Assembly (NCBI GenBank): GCA_041663045.1
Contig: JBAZRH010000001.1
Coordinates: forward strand, 212,403 to 276,402
Length of the DNA stretch: 64,000 nt
Origin: Minisyncoccota bacterium
GTDB taxonomy: Bacteria; Patescibacteriota; Minisyncoccia; Phycocordibacterales; GWA1-40-21
Direction: 5' to 3'
In this document: piece after piece, positions 50,623 to 61,208 of the stretch
Layout of the letters: each line of letters begins with the position of its first letter
How positions within the stretch are numbered: position 1 is the first letter of the stretch
The notes under the pieces: generated by a model
What the model saw: only the letters and a program-made list of their open reading frames with translations
What the model was told of the DNA's origin: nothing
Databases searched by the model: none
Made by a program: the position numbers and the translations under genes

Positions 50623-51018
50623 ATGAACGCATACAACTGGTACTCGCAACTTATCAAACCATCGTGGTCACCACCGAGCTGGCTTTTTGGCCCTGTGTGG
50701 ACTTTTCTTTATGTCTTAATTGCACTTTCATTTGGTAAGGTATTCTTGATGGCCTTTAGAAAAGAGATTACTTTGATTGTTGTCTTGCCCTTCGTTCTAA
50801 ACCTGATTTTTAACTTTGCGTTTACATCGTTGCAATTTGGACTCAAAGATAATCTTTTGGCTTCAATAGATATCTTGCTTGTTCTCGGCACACTCATCTG
50901 GGCAATGGTGGCTATTTATCCACACGCCCGTTGGGTTGCCTATATACAAATACCATATTTACTCTGGGTTTCATTTGCTACAGTTTTACAAATAACCATT
51001 ACTTATTTGAATAGATAA
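50623..51018 (+). CDS. tspO: TspO/MBR family protein
   Basis: WY..L.KP.W.PP.W.FGPVWT.LY, PYL.WV.FA. Confidence 0.93.
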   Translation: MNAYNWYSQLIKPSWSPPSWLFGPVWTFLYVLIALSFGKVFLMAFRKEITLIVVLPFVLNLIFNFAFTSLQFGLKDNLLASIDILLVLGTLIWAMVAIYPHARWVAYIQIPYLLWVSFATVLQITITYLNR

Positions 51019-51125
51019 GTGGCGCGCTATCTTTACTGGCACGAAACTCGGCTTTCGAATTTTCGCTAAAAAATATGGCTTTCGTTCGGTTGTAATAATA
51101 TTATATTTGAATCGTCATTTATGGT

Positions 51126-51389
51126 ATGAAGACTAAGAAAAAAATCAAAGTGGCTGCAAAAAATGTAGCAAAAAAGGCTAAATTATTAGTCGGCAAAGCA
51201 AACGCAAAGACGAGAAAGGCTGTCAGATCGCTCAAGAAAGAATGGAAAAAAGGAAGACCTCATCGTAAGGAATATGAGAAAGAACTAAAGAACGCAGTGA
51301 ATCTGGTTTCAAAAGATGTAATAAGGATAGGTACTGACGTAATAAATACAATTAGAGACGATATCCGCAAGGTTAAGCGTAAAAATTAG
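51126..51389 (+). CDS. Small Lys-rich basic protein
   Basis: Co-oriented ORF, very K/R-rich. Confidence 0.55.
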   Translation: MKTKKKIKVAAKNVAKKAKLLVGKANAKTRKAVRSLKKEWKKGRPHRKEYEKELKNAVNLVSKDVIRIGTDVINTIRDDIRKVKRKN

Positions 51390-51429
51390 AGCTATAATTT
51401 ATTAGTTATTATTAGTTAATCTAAAATAT

Positions 51430-51594
51430 ATGGAAAAAAACACAATTTTGGTAGTTAGTATTATTTTGCTTGTTCTCGGAGTAATCGGCCTTGTGTCGAG
51501 CTTCTCAACTTTTTTGATGTGGGCACTTGTAATACTTGGTATAATCGGTTTGGTTTGGGGATGGTTTAATAAAGGTAAAGAGATTTCTAAATAA
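51430..51594 (+). CDS. 54-aa 2-TM protein (not in ORF track)
   Basis: MEKNTILVVSIILLVLGVIGLVSSFSTFLMWALVILGIIGLVWGWFNKGKEISK. Confidence 0.6.
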   Translation: MEKNTILVVSIILLVLGVIGLVSSFSTFLMWALVILGIIGLVWGWFNKGKEISK

Positions 51595-51657
51595 TAGATT
51601 AATACTTTCATAAGCTATTATCTGTAATAACGTAAAGTAGTTAAAAAATATATATAA

Positions 51658-52206
51658 ATGAGCTTTGTAGAAATAATTACAACCATAATACTAATCTCAT
51701 CAATTAGTATAGGAATTATTGTATATAGGTCATATCGACTCTTTCAACAGCAACAGCACATGAATGACTTGTTACTACATATTGATAGTAAGTTAAATAG
51801 TTTAAATTACCTGGAACGCATAAATAGACAACTTGAAGAAGTAATCGAAAGAGAAGACAATAAAACCCCAATCACCACCACCCTAATGACTCTGGATGGG
51901 GCCAAAGAGTTTGTGGATGTAAGCGCATTACTAACAAAGAACACAAAAGAAGACGCCGACCTACTAGCGAAAACAACAAAAGCAGACTCGGATTTACTAG
52001 CAAAGATAACAAAAGCATCAGCAGACTCATTGGCGGAAGAGACAAAAGCATCTGCTGATATACTAGCAGAAGAGACAAAAAAATCGGCTGAAGAACTCAT
52101 AAAAAGTAATGAGGTATATATAGGTTGGACGAAATGGATGACTATGACGTTGATCTTAGTTGGTCTTGCCCAAATGATAATTGCCATTATTCCTCTAATT
52201 AAATAA
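51658..52206 (+). CDS. Membrane protein with 11-residue tandem repeats
   Basis: TM at both ends; about 5 DLLAK.TKA.A-type repeats (33 bp). Confidence 0.7.
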   Translation: MSFVEIITTIILISSISIGIIVYRSYRLFQQQQHMNDLLLHIDSKLNSLNYLERINRQLEEVIEREDNKTPITTTLMTLDGAKEFVDVSALLTKNTKEDADLLAKTTKADSDLLAKITKASADSLAEETKASADILAEETKKSAEELIKSNEVYIGWTKWMTMTLILVGLAQMIIAIIPLIK

Positions 52207-52241
52207 TAATCCCGTCCCAAGGTCATGATATACTTCTATAT

Positions 52242-53078
52242 ATGAATAAACAAAAAGGCTTCTTAGTCCCCCTTGCGATTGTGGTCATAGCACTACTGGT
52301 GATTGGTAGCGGTGTTTATGTTTACAAGAATAAAAGAACTATAAACCCTCCAGTGGCTTGCACGATGGAAGCCAAGATCTGCCCTGATGGTTCCGCAGTA
52401 GGACGCATAGGACCAAAATGCGAATTCGCTCCCTGCCCTACAGATATAATATCCGAGAGACAAGGAAAATTCGATAAAACTATTTCAATAAAAATAAAAG
52501 ACAAAATTGTATTCTCTGATGGTTTATCTATAATACTCGAAGAAATAAATGACTCTCGTTGCAAACCAGATGTTCAATGTTTTTGGCAAGGAGAGCTTTC
52601 GGCATTATTTAGTATAAATAAAGATGGCTATTCAAAAGAAATCCGACTCGGTACTGTAAATAATAAAAAAACTAGCTCGCAAGGTTATACTTTCTCTCTA
52701 GAATTTGCCACGGAGGATACCGCGACGATTATTGTCTCTGTGAATTCAATAAGTGACAATGCAAGCGGTATAAATGGGTATTTACATTTGGGTCCTGTAT
52801 GCCCAGTGATGCGTATTCCCCCAGATCCGAATTGTGCTGATAAGCCTTTTGTAAATGCAGAAGTGGATATTACTGCCAAAGATAGTGGTATCTTGGTAAA
52901 GAGTATTAAATCTGATACAAACGGACATTTCAATGTAAATATTGCACCGGGAATATATATAATTAAGATTACGCCAGACAATGGTGGCTTCCTGCCAAGA
53001 TGCGAACAAAAAGAAATTGTCGTAGTGGCAAATAGATCTACAGATTCAGATATATCCTGCGATACCGGTATCCGTTGA
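52242..53078 (+). CDS. Exported Cys-rich protein with pilin-like leader
   Basis: KQKGF-hydrophobic N-terminus; CTMEAKICPDGS.VGR.GP.CEFAPCP; C-terminal beta-sandwich ending DTGIR. Confidence 0.75.
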   Translation: MNKQKGFLVPLAIVVIALLVIGSGVYVYKNKRTINPPVACTMEAKICPDGSAVGRIGPKCEFAPCPTDIISERQGKFDKTISIKIKDKIVFSDGLSIILEEINDSRCKPDVQCFWQGELSALFSINKDGYSKEIRLGTVNNKKTSSQGYTFSLEFATEDTATIIVSVNSISDNASGINGYLHLGPVCPVMRIPPDPNCADKPFVNAEVDITAKDSGILVKSIKSDTNGHFNVNIAPGIYIIKITPDNGGFLPRCEQKEIVVVANRSTDSDISCDTGIR

Positions 53079-53191
53079 TATCCGAGAATACTCCCCTGGC
53101 GAATAATAATAGGGTGTGTTATACTAGAAGGCAGTGTTAAGACACGGGAACATCGTCGAAGTTTCAAATAAAATAATTTTAAAATCACATC

Positions 53192-53389
53192 ATGACAGGA
53201 ACAATCAAAGCTCTTATAGAGAAAGGATTTGGATTCATTGCTCGCGAAGGCGAAACAAAGGATCTTTTCTTTCATTCTAAAGAACTTGTCGGTGTTACAT
53301 TTGCTGATCTAAGAATCGGTGACACCGTCACTTTTGAAGTTGTTGAGACCGAAAAGGGTCCTTCAGCTACAAAAGTATCAAGAGCATAA
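53192..53389 (+). CDS. csp: Cold-shock protein
   Basis: KGFGFI, LFFH, KGP.A. Confidence 0.95.
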   Translation: MTGTIKALIEKGFGFIAREGETKDLFFHSKELVGVTFADLRIGDTVTFEVVETEKGPSATKVSRA

Positions 53390-53452
53390 TAGCTTAAAAA
53401 CACCCTCGTCTGCCGTTTGGCAGACGAGGGTGTTTTTTGATATAATCTTGTT

Positions 53453-53764
53453 ATGTTAGAAGAAGGACAAAACACAAGAAGGGATATACCGAAGATGCTT
53501 GAAAGACTTGATGTAAAGATCAGGAACGGTTTTCAGATTAGATTGATGAAAATGATGTTGGAAAATGAAAATCCAAATGAAACAGAACAATATGAATGGG
53601 CAGAAAGATATCACAAAGATGTAAGCGATATAATAGATGATACAAGTAATACTCAAATACGGTACTTGATTAGCCAAGGGGAACAATTTCCTGAAAGATA
53701 CGCCGAGGCCGCAAGGTTGGTAATAGCAATATTGAACCATCAAGAGATTCCTATTGCTGCTTGA
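53453..53764 (+). CDS. Hypothetical protein
   Basis: TGATATAAT then ATG; open frame. Confidence 0.55.
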   Translation: MLEEGQNTRRDIPKMLERLDVKIRNGFQIRLMKMMLENENPNETEQYEWAERYHKDVSDIIDDTSNTQIRYLISQGEQFPERYAEAARLVIAILNHQEIPIAA

Positions 53765-53792
53765 CAAAAAATATAGCTTGGTGTAAGATAGT

Positions 53793-53955
53793 AGGCGGAG
53801 CTGTGGTGGTCACTTTGGTAGTGTCCGGGTGCAACCTATGGGGTTCCTCACCCCGACCTCCTTGGCGCTCGGACTCGAACAGCAGTGATCCCACGGCTCC
53901 CTATTCTCTCTTTTCGAGATGGTAGAACCCACAACAGGTGTTTGTGGGTTTTTTG
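53793..53955 (+). ncRNA. Rod-shaped small RNA candidate
   Basis: TTGACA-17-TAAGAT promoter (53761-53789); nested stems; own terminator at 53926-53955; no ORF. Confidence 0.6.
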
Positions 53956-54004
53956 TTGGCTAAAAGATGATATAATATAAATGTTATAAATTTAATATTA
54001 ATAT

Positions 54005-54292
54005 ATGGGATTTTTTAGTGATGACACAAAACCAAGAGTAACTAAGGAAGAATTTCAAAAAGTGAGAGGCTCTCTTTCTGCAAATGGTTTTACTTTAAAA
54101 GAAATTAATAGGGTGGAAGAGATATTTCGTGGAGACATGTATGAGGAAAGAGAAAAAGATAAGGGGGTGGATGAATTTGAACTACAAAATACAATAGCTT
54201 GGATGAGAGCAAATATGAGTAAACATAATTTGTCCGAACCGAAAATAGCAATATTGGAAAGAGAAATGATAGAGAGAATAAATCATTTATAA
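54005..54292 (+). CDS. Hypothetical protein
   Basis: Open frame followed by a GC hairpin terminator. Confidence 0.65.
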   Translation: MGFFSDDTKPRVTKEEFQKVRGSLSANGFTLKEINRVEEIFRGDMYEEREKDKGVDEFELQNTIAWMRANMSKHNLSEPKIAILEREMIERINHL

Positions 54293-54384
54293 ATCACGAA
54301 GATGGTCTGGGGCGCGGGCTTTGCCCGCGCCCTTTTCCGTGCTAATATTCCCCCCGGAACAAAAGTTCTAGAAAGGAGGTATGA

Positions 54385-54684
54385 ATGATAAATTCAAAGA
54401 ATAGTGACAAAAGTTTCTGGCAATTATTTCTGGAATGGCAACATTTAAGAAAAGATAAACATTTTGATACTGCCAGAAAGAGACAGTTGGAAGAAAAACT
54501 TGAAGGGTATCTGATTGATACGTTAAATTTGAGACAAGAGCTCTTCATGGCATGGAGACTTACTCCGGTGAATGAACCACTCAAAGAAGCCTTCGCAAGG
54601 AGACTAGAACACACACAGATTCTTGAAGAAGAGCGTCAGCATACGTTTGATTGTGAAAGTGGTGAATTCTACGACCTTCCATAG
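54385..54684 (+). CDS. Hypothetical orphan protein
   Basis: AAGGAGGT SD; bidirectional terminator at 54684-54716. Confidence 0.6.
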   Translation: MINSKNSDKSFWQLFLEWQHLRKDKHFDTARKRQLEEKLEGYLIDTLNLRQELFMAWRLTPVNEPLKEAFARRLEHTQILEEERQHTFDCESGEFYDLP

Positions 54685-54714
54685 TAGCCCCGAAATATTT
54701 TCGGGGCTACCTTT

Positions 54715-55887
54715 TTACCCCAGAATTTTTCTAGTATCTTCAGCTATCTGCTTCATTTCATTTGTCTTTACTACTTCAACCCTTATCCTTGAATCATCAG
54801 TAGATATGGCGGTATTTAATCTATCTGTATCTTCATTCTTCTTTTCATCAAGTTTAATCCCAAAAGCATCAAGACCATTGCAAATCCTTTGCCTCATCTT
54901 AAACGATCTCTCACCCACTGTACCGGAAAAGACAAGTAAATCCAAACCACCAAGCGCGGCTACATATGCCCCGATTTGTTTTTGTATTCTATAGGCATAA
55001 ATATCCAAAGCATTTTTTACATCAGTATTTTCATTCTCCACCTTAAATAATTCACGAACATCATCACTCTTACCAGACAAACCAAGAAGACCGCATTTTT
55101 TATTTAAATATTGTCTTAACTTTGTCCCTTTCAAACCCAGAACTTCCGAAAGATAAGCCACTGCGCCAGAATCGATATCTCCAACCCTTGTCGCCATCAC
55201 CATACCTTCAAGTGGAGTAAAACCCATGCTTGTATCTATACTTTTTCCATTTTTTAGTGCAGTAATACTCACACCACCACCCACATGACAAACGATCATT
55301 TTTTCAGCCATCTTTCCCGTCTCTTTCAGTTTATTTACAATAGAACCAAGGGATATACCATGATATCCATATCTATAAATTTCATATTCTTTAGAGTCAG
55401 AAAGTGGAATTGCATAAAATCTAGATTTATCTGGCATCCCTGTGTGAAAAGCACTATCGGAAACTCCAACAATCGGTACACTCTTACCAAAAAATTTTAA
55501 TAGCTTTTTGATTTCAGCCGAGATAGCCTCAATATGAAGAGGTGCTTTCTCCCCTGCGTTTTTTATATTTTTCAAAAACTCTTTATCTATAATATGATTC
55601 TGTTCAAAATAAACTCCTGGAGCTACGACTCTAATACCTACTCCAAAAATATCTTCTTTTGATAAAATAAATGTCTTTTTAATTAGAATAGAGACTAAAT
55701 AATCTAGTGATTTTTCAAATTCCCTGCTTGTAATTTTGGACTTTTCACTACCACTGTCACAAACAAATGTGGAAATATACTCACCATTTTCTGTCTCAAT
55801 ATGTAAAAAGGCGGCCTCTTTATCTCCCACAAATAAAGAATATTTTTTTGACGCACTACCTGTATTTACAATTAAATATTTATGCAT
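54715..55887 (-). CDS. ackA: Acetate kinase
   Basis: N.GS.S.K, APLH, YGYHGIS, DTSMGFTPLEG. Confidence 0.95.
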   Translation of the reverse strand: MHKYLIVNTGSASKKYSLFVGDKEAAFLHIETENGEYISTFVCDSGSEKSKITSREFEKSLDYLVSILIKKTFILSKEDIFGVGIRVVAPGVYFEQNHIIDKEFLKNIKNAGEKAPLHIEAISAEIKKLLKFFGKSVPIVGVSDSAFHTGMPDKSRFYAIPLSDSKEYEIYRYGYHGISLGSIVNKLKETGKMAEKMIVCHVGGGVSITALKNGKSIDTSMGFTPLEGMVMATRVGDIDSGAVAYLSEVLGLKGTKLRQYLNKKCGLLGLSGKSDDVRELFKVENENTDVKNALDIYAYRIQKQIGAYVAALGGLDLLVFSGTVGERSFKMRQRICNGLDAFGIKLDEKKNEDTDRLNTAISTDDSRIRVEVVKTNEMKQIAEDTRKILG

Positions 55888-55910
55888 TCGGTTTAATTTA
55901 AATTAATAAT

Positions 55911-58271
55911 TTATCTCCAAGTCCACTTATCTATCTCTTCTGGATCAGCACCTTTTTCTTTTATATAATCTAGAGTATTCTTCGTCTTTTGCCTGTAAAG
56001 TTCTATGATTCTGGCTGCTTTGCTCTCCTCCACTACTCCTTTCGCAGAAAGCTTTTCAAGTGCTTCCATAAGCAAAGTATATCTGTCGGTACCATTTCTC
56101 ACATGTAAATCAAACGGTGTTGTCGTAGAACCACTTTCTAAATATCCGTGTACAGAAAATCTATCTTTTGCATTTTGATAATCAAAAAGTGATTGTTTAA
56201 GAGTTTCTGGATATCCATGAAAATTAAATATTACCGGCTTATCTTTTGTAAAATATTCATCAAATTTCTCATCACTCATTTTGGTGATAGAACTCCCGAT
56301 TGTATTTGGCGAAAGCTCCACAATATTTATAAATCGTGCTTTCGCCTCCGGTGCCTCTTTTTTAAGTAAACTAATGGCAGCTAGGGTTTCTTTCACAAGA
56401 TACTGTCCACAGGCAGAGAAAATAATGTCTGGATTTTCCGAGCTTACAAAATCCCAAATAGAAAGTCCGTCAGCGATTTCCTTTTGCGCTTGTGCTTGTG
56501 TGAGCCAAATATTTTCTATTGTCTTTTCAGCAACAATTATATTTATCTCATTTCTTGACTTAAGAGACTTCTTCATTATCTCTACCGCTTCATTGCCATC
56601 TGCCGGAAAATATACATTTATAAAGTCATTGTGTTTTTGTAAAAGACCGTCTATAAAACCAGGATTTTGATGTGAAAAACCATTGTGTTCTTGCCTCCAG
56701 CCACTTGAGGTCAAAAGGTATGTAAGCGAGGGTACATCGCCCCTCCAGGCCGTCTTTCTTGCGATTTTAAGGAACTTACTGTACTGGTCCGCCATACTTG
56801 TCACTATTGGCACAAAAGCCTCGTAGGAAGCAAAAATAGCGAATCTGCCACTAAGCGTATATCCCTGTGATAGGCCCTGCATGGAGTGTTCTGAAAGCAT
56901 CTCTATTACACGACCATCTCTGGCAAAATCTGAATCCCACTCAAAGAGTGGCCCCATGAAAGTCCTCTTCGTAACAGTAAAGATATCTTGTAGACGATTC
57001 GAGTATGTCTCGTCTGGTGAAAAAAGTCTGATATTTCTTTTTTCTTTGTTTAGCTTCATTACCTCGGCTAAATATGCACCGATTTTTCTCATTGAACTTA
57101 TTTGTTTTTCTCCTGGATATAGAATCTTTTCTTCAAAACTCGCTGTCTCTGGCAAAATAAGTCCACGTGAAATATCACCTTTCTTTATTCCCATTGTTAC
57201 TGGATTATCCCCCATTCTCAGATTTTCTTTAGGAATATTTTCAATAATTTCTTTTGTAAAACCGGTTTCTGGGTTGAAAAGTTCTTCAAATTTGTAAGAC
57301 TTGAGCCATTTTGCTATAGCTTTCAATTCAACTTTATTTGTTTTTGCATCTTTACCAACAACCTGATGTGAAAGACTATTCCCCTCTATTTTCTGTCCTT
57401 CAAGTTCTTTGATACCAGTCCAACCCTTTGGCGTCTTCACAATAATCATCGGAAATCTTGCAAAATATGTATCGGTTTTTTCTGTACCTTCTCTCGCTTC
57501 TCTTTGTATTTTTATAATAGACGCGTACGCTTTATCTAAAGCCTTTACCATTTTTCTGTAAACTATTTCACCCTTGCCTTCCACAATAATAGGGTCGTAA
57601 CCATAACCTTTGAAAAGCGCTCGCAAATCTTTATTATTCATTCTGCCAAATATCGTCGGGCCGGAAATTTTATATCCATTTAAATGTAAAATCGGAAGTA
57701 CCGCGCCGTTGTGTGCAGGATCGATAAATTTATTTAAGTGCCATGCTGTAGCAAGCGGACCAGTTTCCGCTTCGCCATCTCCGATAAGACAAGTTGCTAT
57801 AAGACTTGGATTATCAAGCACTGCTCCATAGGCGGTTGAAAGTGAATATCCAAGCTCTCCACCTTCAAGTATTACGCCGGGAGTTATCGGACTTGAATGA
57901 CTTGGAAACCCATAAGGCCAACTAAATTGTTTTGAAAAATAAGAAATGCCTTTCTCGTCTTTTGTCGCATCAGCATAATATTTACCAAGTGTTCCCTCAA
58001 GAAAAAGATTGGCTTGCAAAGCCGGAAATCCGTGACCTGGGCCTAAAAGAAACATCATATTTGTGCCGGTCTTATTTATCAGATTGTTGAGACATGCGTA
58101 AACAAAATTTATCCCTGGACATGTGCCCCAGTGCCCTAAAAGTCGAGGTTTGATATCATCAAAAGTCAGTTTATTATCAAGTAAGAAATTACTCTGTAAA
58201 TATATCTGAGTAACCGTGAGGTAGTTGGTAGTTCTTACGTACTTTTTAATTCTCTCTACTTCCTGATTCAT
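55911..58271 (-). CDS. xfp: Phosphoketolase
   Basis: LGHWGT.PG, EGGELGY, GDGEAETG, LHLNGYKI, HNGFSHQ.PG. Confidence 0.97.
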   Translation of the reverse strand: MNQEVERIKKYVRTTNYLTVTQIYLQSNFLLDNKLTFDDIKPRLLGHWGTCPGINFVYACLNNLINKTGTNMMFLLGPGHGFPALQANLFLEGTLGKYYADATKDEKGISYFSKQFSWPYGFPSHSSPITPGVILEGGELGYSLSTAYGAVLDNPSLIATCLIGDGEAETGPLATAWHLNKFIDPAHNGAVLPILHLNGYKISGPTIFGRMNNKDLRALFKGYGYDPIIVEGKGEIVYRKMVKALDKAYASIIKIQREAREGTEKTDTYFARFPMIIVKTPKGWTGIKELEGQKIEGNSLSHQVVGKDAKTNKVELKAIAKWLKSYKFEELFNPETGFTKEIIENIPKENLRMGDNPVTMGIKKGDISRGLILPETASFEEKILYPGEKQISSMRKIGAYLAEVMKLNKEKRNIRLFSPDETYSNRLQDIFTVTKRTFMGPLFEWDSDFARDGRVIEMLSEHSMQGLSQGYTLSGRFAIFASYEAFVPIVTSMADQYSKFLKIARKTAWRGDVPSLTYLLTSSGWRQEHNGFSHQNPGFIDGLLQKHNDFINVYFPADGNEAVEIMKKSLKSRNEINIIVAEKTIENIWLTQAQAQKEIADGLSIWDFVSSENPDIIFSACGQYLVKETLAAISLLKKEAPEAKARFINIVELSPNTIGSSITKMSDEKFDEYFTKDKPVIFNFHGYPETLKQSLFDYQNAKDRFSVHGYLESGSTTTPFDLHVRNGTDRYTLLMEALEKLSAKGVVEESKAARIIELYRQKTKNTLDYIKEKGADPEEIDKWTWR

Positions 58272-58376
58272 ACTGAATATTATATCAAATTTTTATAAAA
58301 ATTTCGCTCTGTTGACTTTTATAAAAAAGACTATAATATTGGCGAGGAAAAATCACTTCAACAAAAAGGAGAAAAA

Positions 58377-58709
58377 GTGAAAGTTCTATATATTGATGAT
58401 GACGAATCGGTATGTGATATAATAATGAGGATGGCAAAAGAAGGACGACCAGATCTGGAGATACTTACAACCAGTATCATCGGTGAGGTGTTTGGAATTG
58501 TCAAAGACAATCTGGACATCAAAACCGTCATTATGGACGGTTCTATGGCAGATCACCCGAAGCTAATTGCCGAGATCAAAAAGGTTTTACCAGAAGACAC
58601 ACAGTTTATCGGAGTATCTTGCAATTCAGATTTGCTCAAGAAATTGGACAAAGCTGGTTGTGATAAAGTACACGATGAAAAAAGGACTGTCCTGCGTCTC
58701 GTCGGGTAG
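58377..58709 (+). CDS. Orphan response-regulator receiver domain
   Basis: KVLYIDDD, VIMD; AAGGAG SD. Confidence 0.75.
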   Translation: MKVLYIDDDESVCDIIMRMAKEGRPDLEILTTSIIGEVFGIVKDNLDIKTVIMDGSMADHPKLIAEIKKVLPEDTQFIGVSCNSDLLKKLDKAGCDKVHDEKRTVLRLVG

Positions 58710-58819
58710 AACCCAGACCACGAATAGCCAACCTGCCCGCGAGGTTGGCTATTTTATTAAAAATATGTTTTAATAGAAGTACAAAATGCGCTTCGGCGCC
58801 TTTTAGTTTGAATAATAAA

Positions 58820-60613
58820 ATGGAAATACGAAACATAGCAATAATAGCCCACGTTGACCACGGAAAAACAACCCTTACCGACGCCCTTTTGAAACAAGCC
58901 GGTGTATCCGAGGAAGGCGCAACTATGGACAGCAATAAACTCGAACAAGAGCGTGGTATTACTATATATGCGAAAAATACTTCTCTTCCATACAAAGGTA
59001 CAAAAATCAATATTGTGGACACTCCAGGACATGCAGACTTTGGCTCGGAAGTTGAGCGTGTACTCCGCTCTATCGATACAGTTCTCCTTGTTGTCGATGC
59101 TCAAGAAGGTCCAATGCCACAGACTCGTTTTGTATTAAAAAAATCTCTTGAACTTGGTCTTAAGCCAATCGTCGTTATAAATAAAATAGATAAAAGTGCC
59201 GCAAGACCAGAAGAAGCACACGAGGAAGTTTTAGAACTTTTTATGGAGCTCGGCGCAAATGATGAGCAATTGGATTTTTCTATTATTTATGCAATCGGCA
59301 GAAAAGGTGTCGCTATGATTCACCCAAAAGATGAACAAAAAGATCTGTCACCCCTTCTGGATTTAATCTTAGAAAAAGTCCCATCATCTTCAACAGAAGA
59401 AAATCTCAATTTACCATTTTCAGCACAAATATTTAACCTGGCTTATGACAACTTTCTAGGTCGTCTGGGTGTTGCAAGAATTTATAGTGGGAAAGTGAAA
59501 GATGGACAAAATATTTTTGTAAAGACGCCAAACGGTGAATCAAGACAGACGAGGATTACCAAACTTTATACTTTCAACGGTATGACAAGGATAGCTGTAT
59601 CAGAGGCTTCTGCTGGCGATATTGTTATGATAGCAGGTATTTCAGATGCTTATATCGGAGAGACAGTTTGTGAAAATGCAGACCAAAAACCATTACCCTC
59701 TATAAATATTGACGAGCCAACAATTTCTTTGAATTTCCTTGTAAATGATTCCCCTCTTGCTGGACGCGAAGGAAAATTTGTCACAGGAAGACAGATCCGC
59801 GAACGTTTGGAAAAAGAAATGGAGGTAAATGTCGGACTAAGAGTCGATTTCGGTGCTGAACCCTTAACGGTTTACGGTAGAGGCGAGCTTCATATTGCGA
59901 TTTTAATTGAAAATATGCGCAGAGAAGGTTTTGAGTTACAAGTTTCGCAACCAAAAGCTATTATCAAAGAAGTAAACAGTGTCAAAATGGAACCGTTTGA
60001 AGAAGTTACCGTAGATGTTCCCGAAGAATTCCAAGGTGTTGTTATAGAAAAACTTGGCAAAAGAAAAGGAATAATGAAAGATATGAAAATCAAAGACAAT
60101 CAAGTCAGAATGATTTTCGAAATACCTACTCGCGGACTTTTGGGATACAGAGGACAGTTTGTCGTAGATACAAAAGGTCTTGGAATTTTGTGTAGTCGCT
60201 TTATAGATTTCAAAGAATACGCCGGCGAAATTCAAAAGCAAGAATTCGGTTCAATGGTTTCTATGATGACCGGAAAATCCCTTGCTTATTCACTTTGGAA
60301 TTTACAGGAAAGGGGCATACTCTATATAGACCCTGCAATAGATGTCTATGAGGGTATGGTTATCGGAAGTGTTTTAAATGGCGAACAACTCGATGTGAAT
60401 CCGACGAAAAATAAAGCCTTTTCAAATACCCGTTCTTCCGGAAATGATGAAGCGCTTTATCTTATCCCACCAACCAAACTTGATATTGAAAAAGGTCTTG
60501 AAATAATGCAGGGTGATGAATTTCTCGAAGTGACTCCAAAGAATGTCCGTCTTAGAAAAATGCTTTTGACCAAAACAGATAGAGCTAAAGCAGGAAGAAA
60601 AGATTTGAAATAA
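58820..60613 (+). CDS. typA: Translational GTPase TypA/BipA
   Basis: RNIAIIAHVDHGKTT, DTPGHADFG.EVER, GRGELH. Confidence 0.97.
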   Translation: MEIRNIAIIAHVDHGKTTLTDALLKQAGVSEEGATMDSNKLEQERGITIYAKNTSLPYKGTKINIVDTPGHADFGSEVERVLRSIDTVLLVVDAQEGPMPQTRFVLKKSLELGLKPIVVINKIDKSAARPEEAHEEVLELFMELGANDEQLDFSIIYAIGRKGVAMIHPKDEQKDLSPLLDLILEKVPSSSTEENLNLPFSAQIFNLAYDNFLGRLGVARIYSGKVKDGQNIFVKTPNGESRQTRITKLYTFNGMTRIAVSEASAGDIVMIAGISDAYIGETVCENADQKPLPSINIDEPTISLNFLVNDSPLAGREGKFVTGRQIRERLEKEMEVNVGLRVDFGAEPLTVYGRGELHIAILIENMRREGFELQVSQPKAIIKEVNSVKMEPFEEVTVDVPEEFQGVVIEKLGKRKGIMKDMKIKDNQVRMIFEIPTRGLLGYRGQFVVDTKGLGILCSRFIDFKEYAGEIQKQEFGSMVSMMTGKSLAYSLWNLQERGILYIDPAIDVYEGMVIGSVLNGEQLDVNPTKNKAFSNTRSSGNDEALYLIPPTKLDIEKGLEIMQGDEFLEVTPKNVRLRKMLLTKTDRAKAGRKDLK

Positions 60614-60689
60614 AAATACAAAAACACCCGCAGAACGCGGGTGTTTTTGTTAGATTACTCTAATCGATATAAAAGTCTTGCGACTAATA

Positions 60690-60971
60690 TTATCTTCTTG
60701 GAGCACCTCTAAAAGGTCTGTTTTCCAAAGGTTTAGCTTCGTTGACAGTGAGCTTTCTTCCGCCCATGTCTACGCCGTTTAATGATTCGATAGCTTTCAT
60801 AGCTTCCTCATCATTAGGCATACTTACGAATCCAAAACCTCTTGATCTGCCGGTCATCTTGTCGATCATAACGACAGCTGACTCAACAGCTCCAGCCTTA
60901 GAGAAGAAATCTGCCAACTCAGCATCATTTGCTGTGTAAGGAAGATTTCCTACATATAATTTCTTTGCCAT
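60690..60971 (-). CDS. RRM RNA-binding protein
   Basis: LYVGNL, RGFGFV, VNEA. Confidence 0.95.
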   Translation of the reverse strand: MAKKLYVGNLPYTANDAELADFFSKAGAVESAVVMIDKMTGRSRGFGFVSMPNDEEAMKAIESLNGVDMGGRKLTVNEAKPLENRPFRGAPRR

Positions 60972-61208
60972 TTGTTTTGCAAAAATCTACTAAATTCGCA
61001 GAAACGACCTACTCTCAAACGGCTAAGAAAACTTAAACCTACGAGAATTGTTACTGCCAAAAGAGTATAGCATATATCAAGAAAAAAAGCAAGTTTTTCC
61101 CATGTTTTGGTGATTCTGTCAAGGTTTAGAGCCGTATAATAAAAAACAACTCGTCCAATCTTTCCACTTGTGTGAATTGATTGAACGAGCTGTATACTCT
61201 CATGTTAT

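Noticed and set aside
54715-58271. xfp-ackA pair as a novel system
   Set aside because: Well-known phosphoketolase and acetate kinase fermentation module
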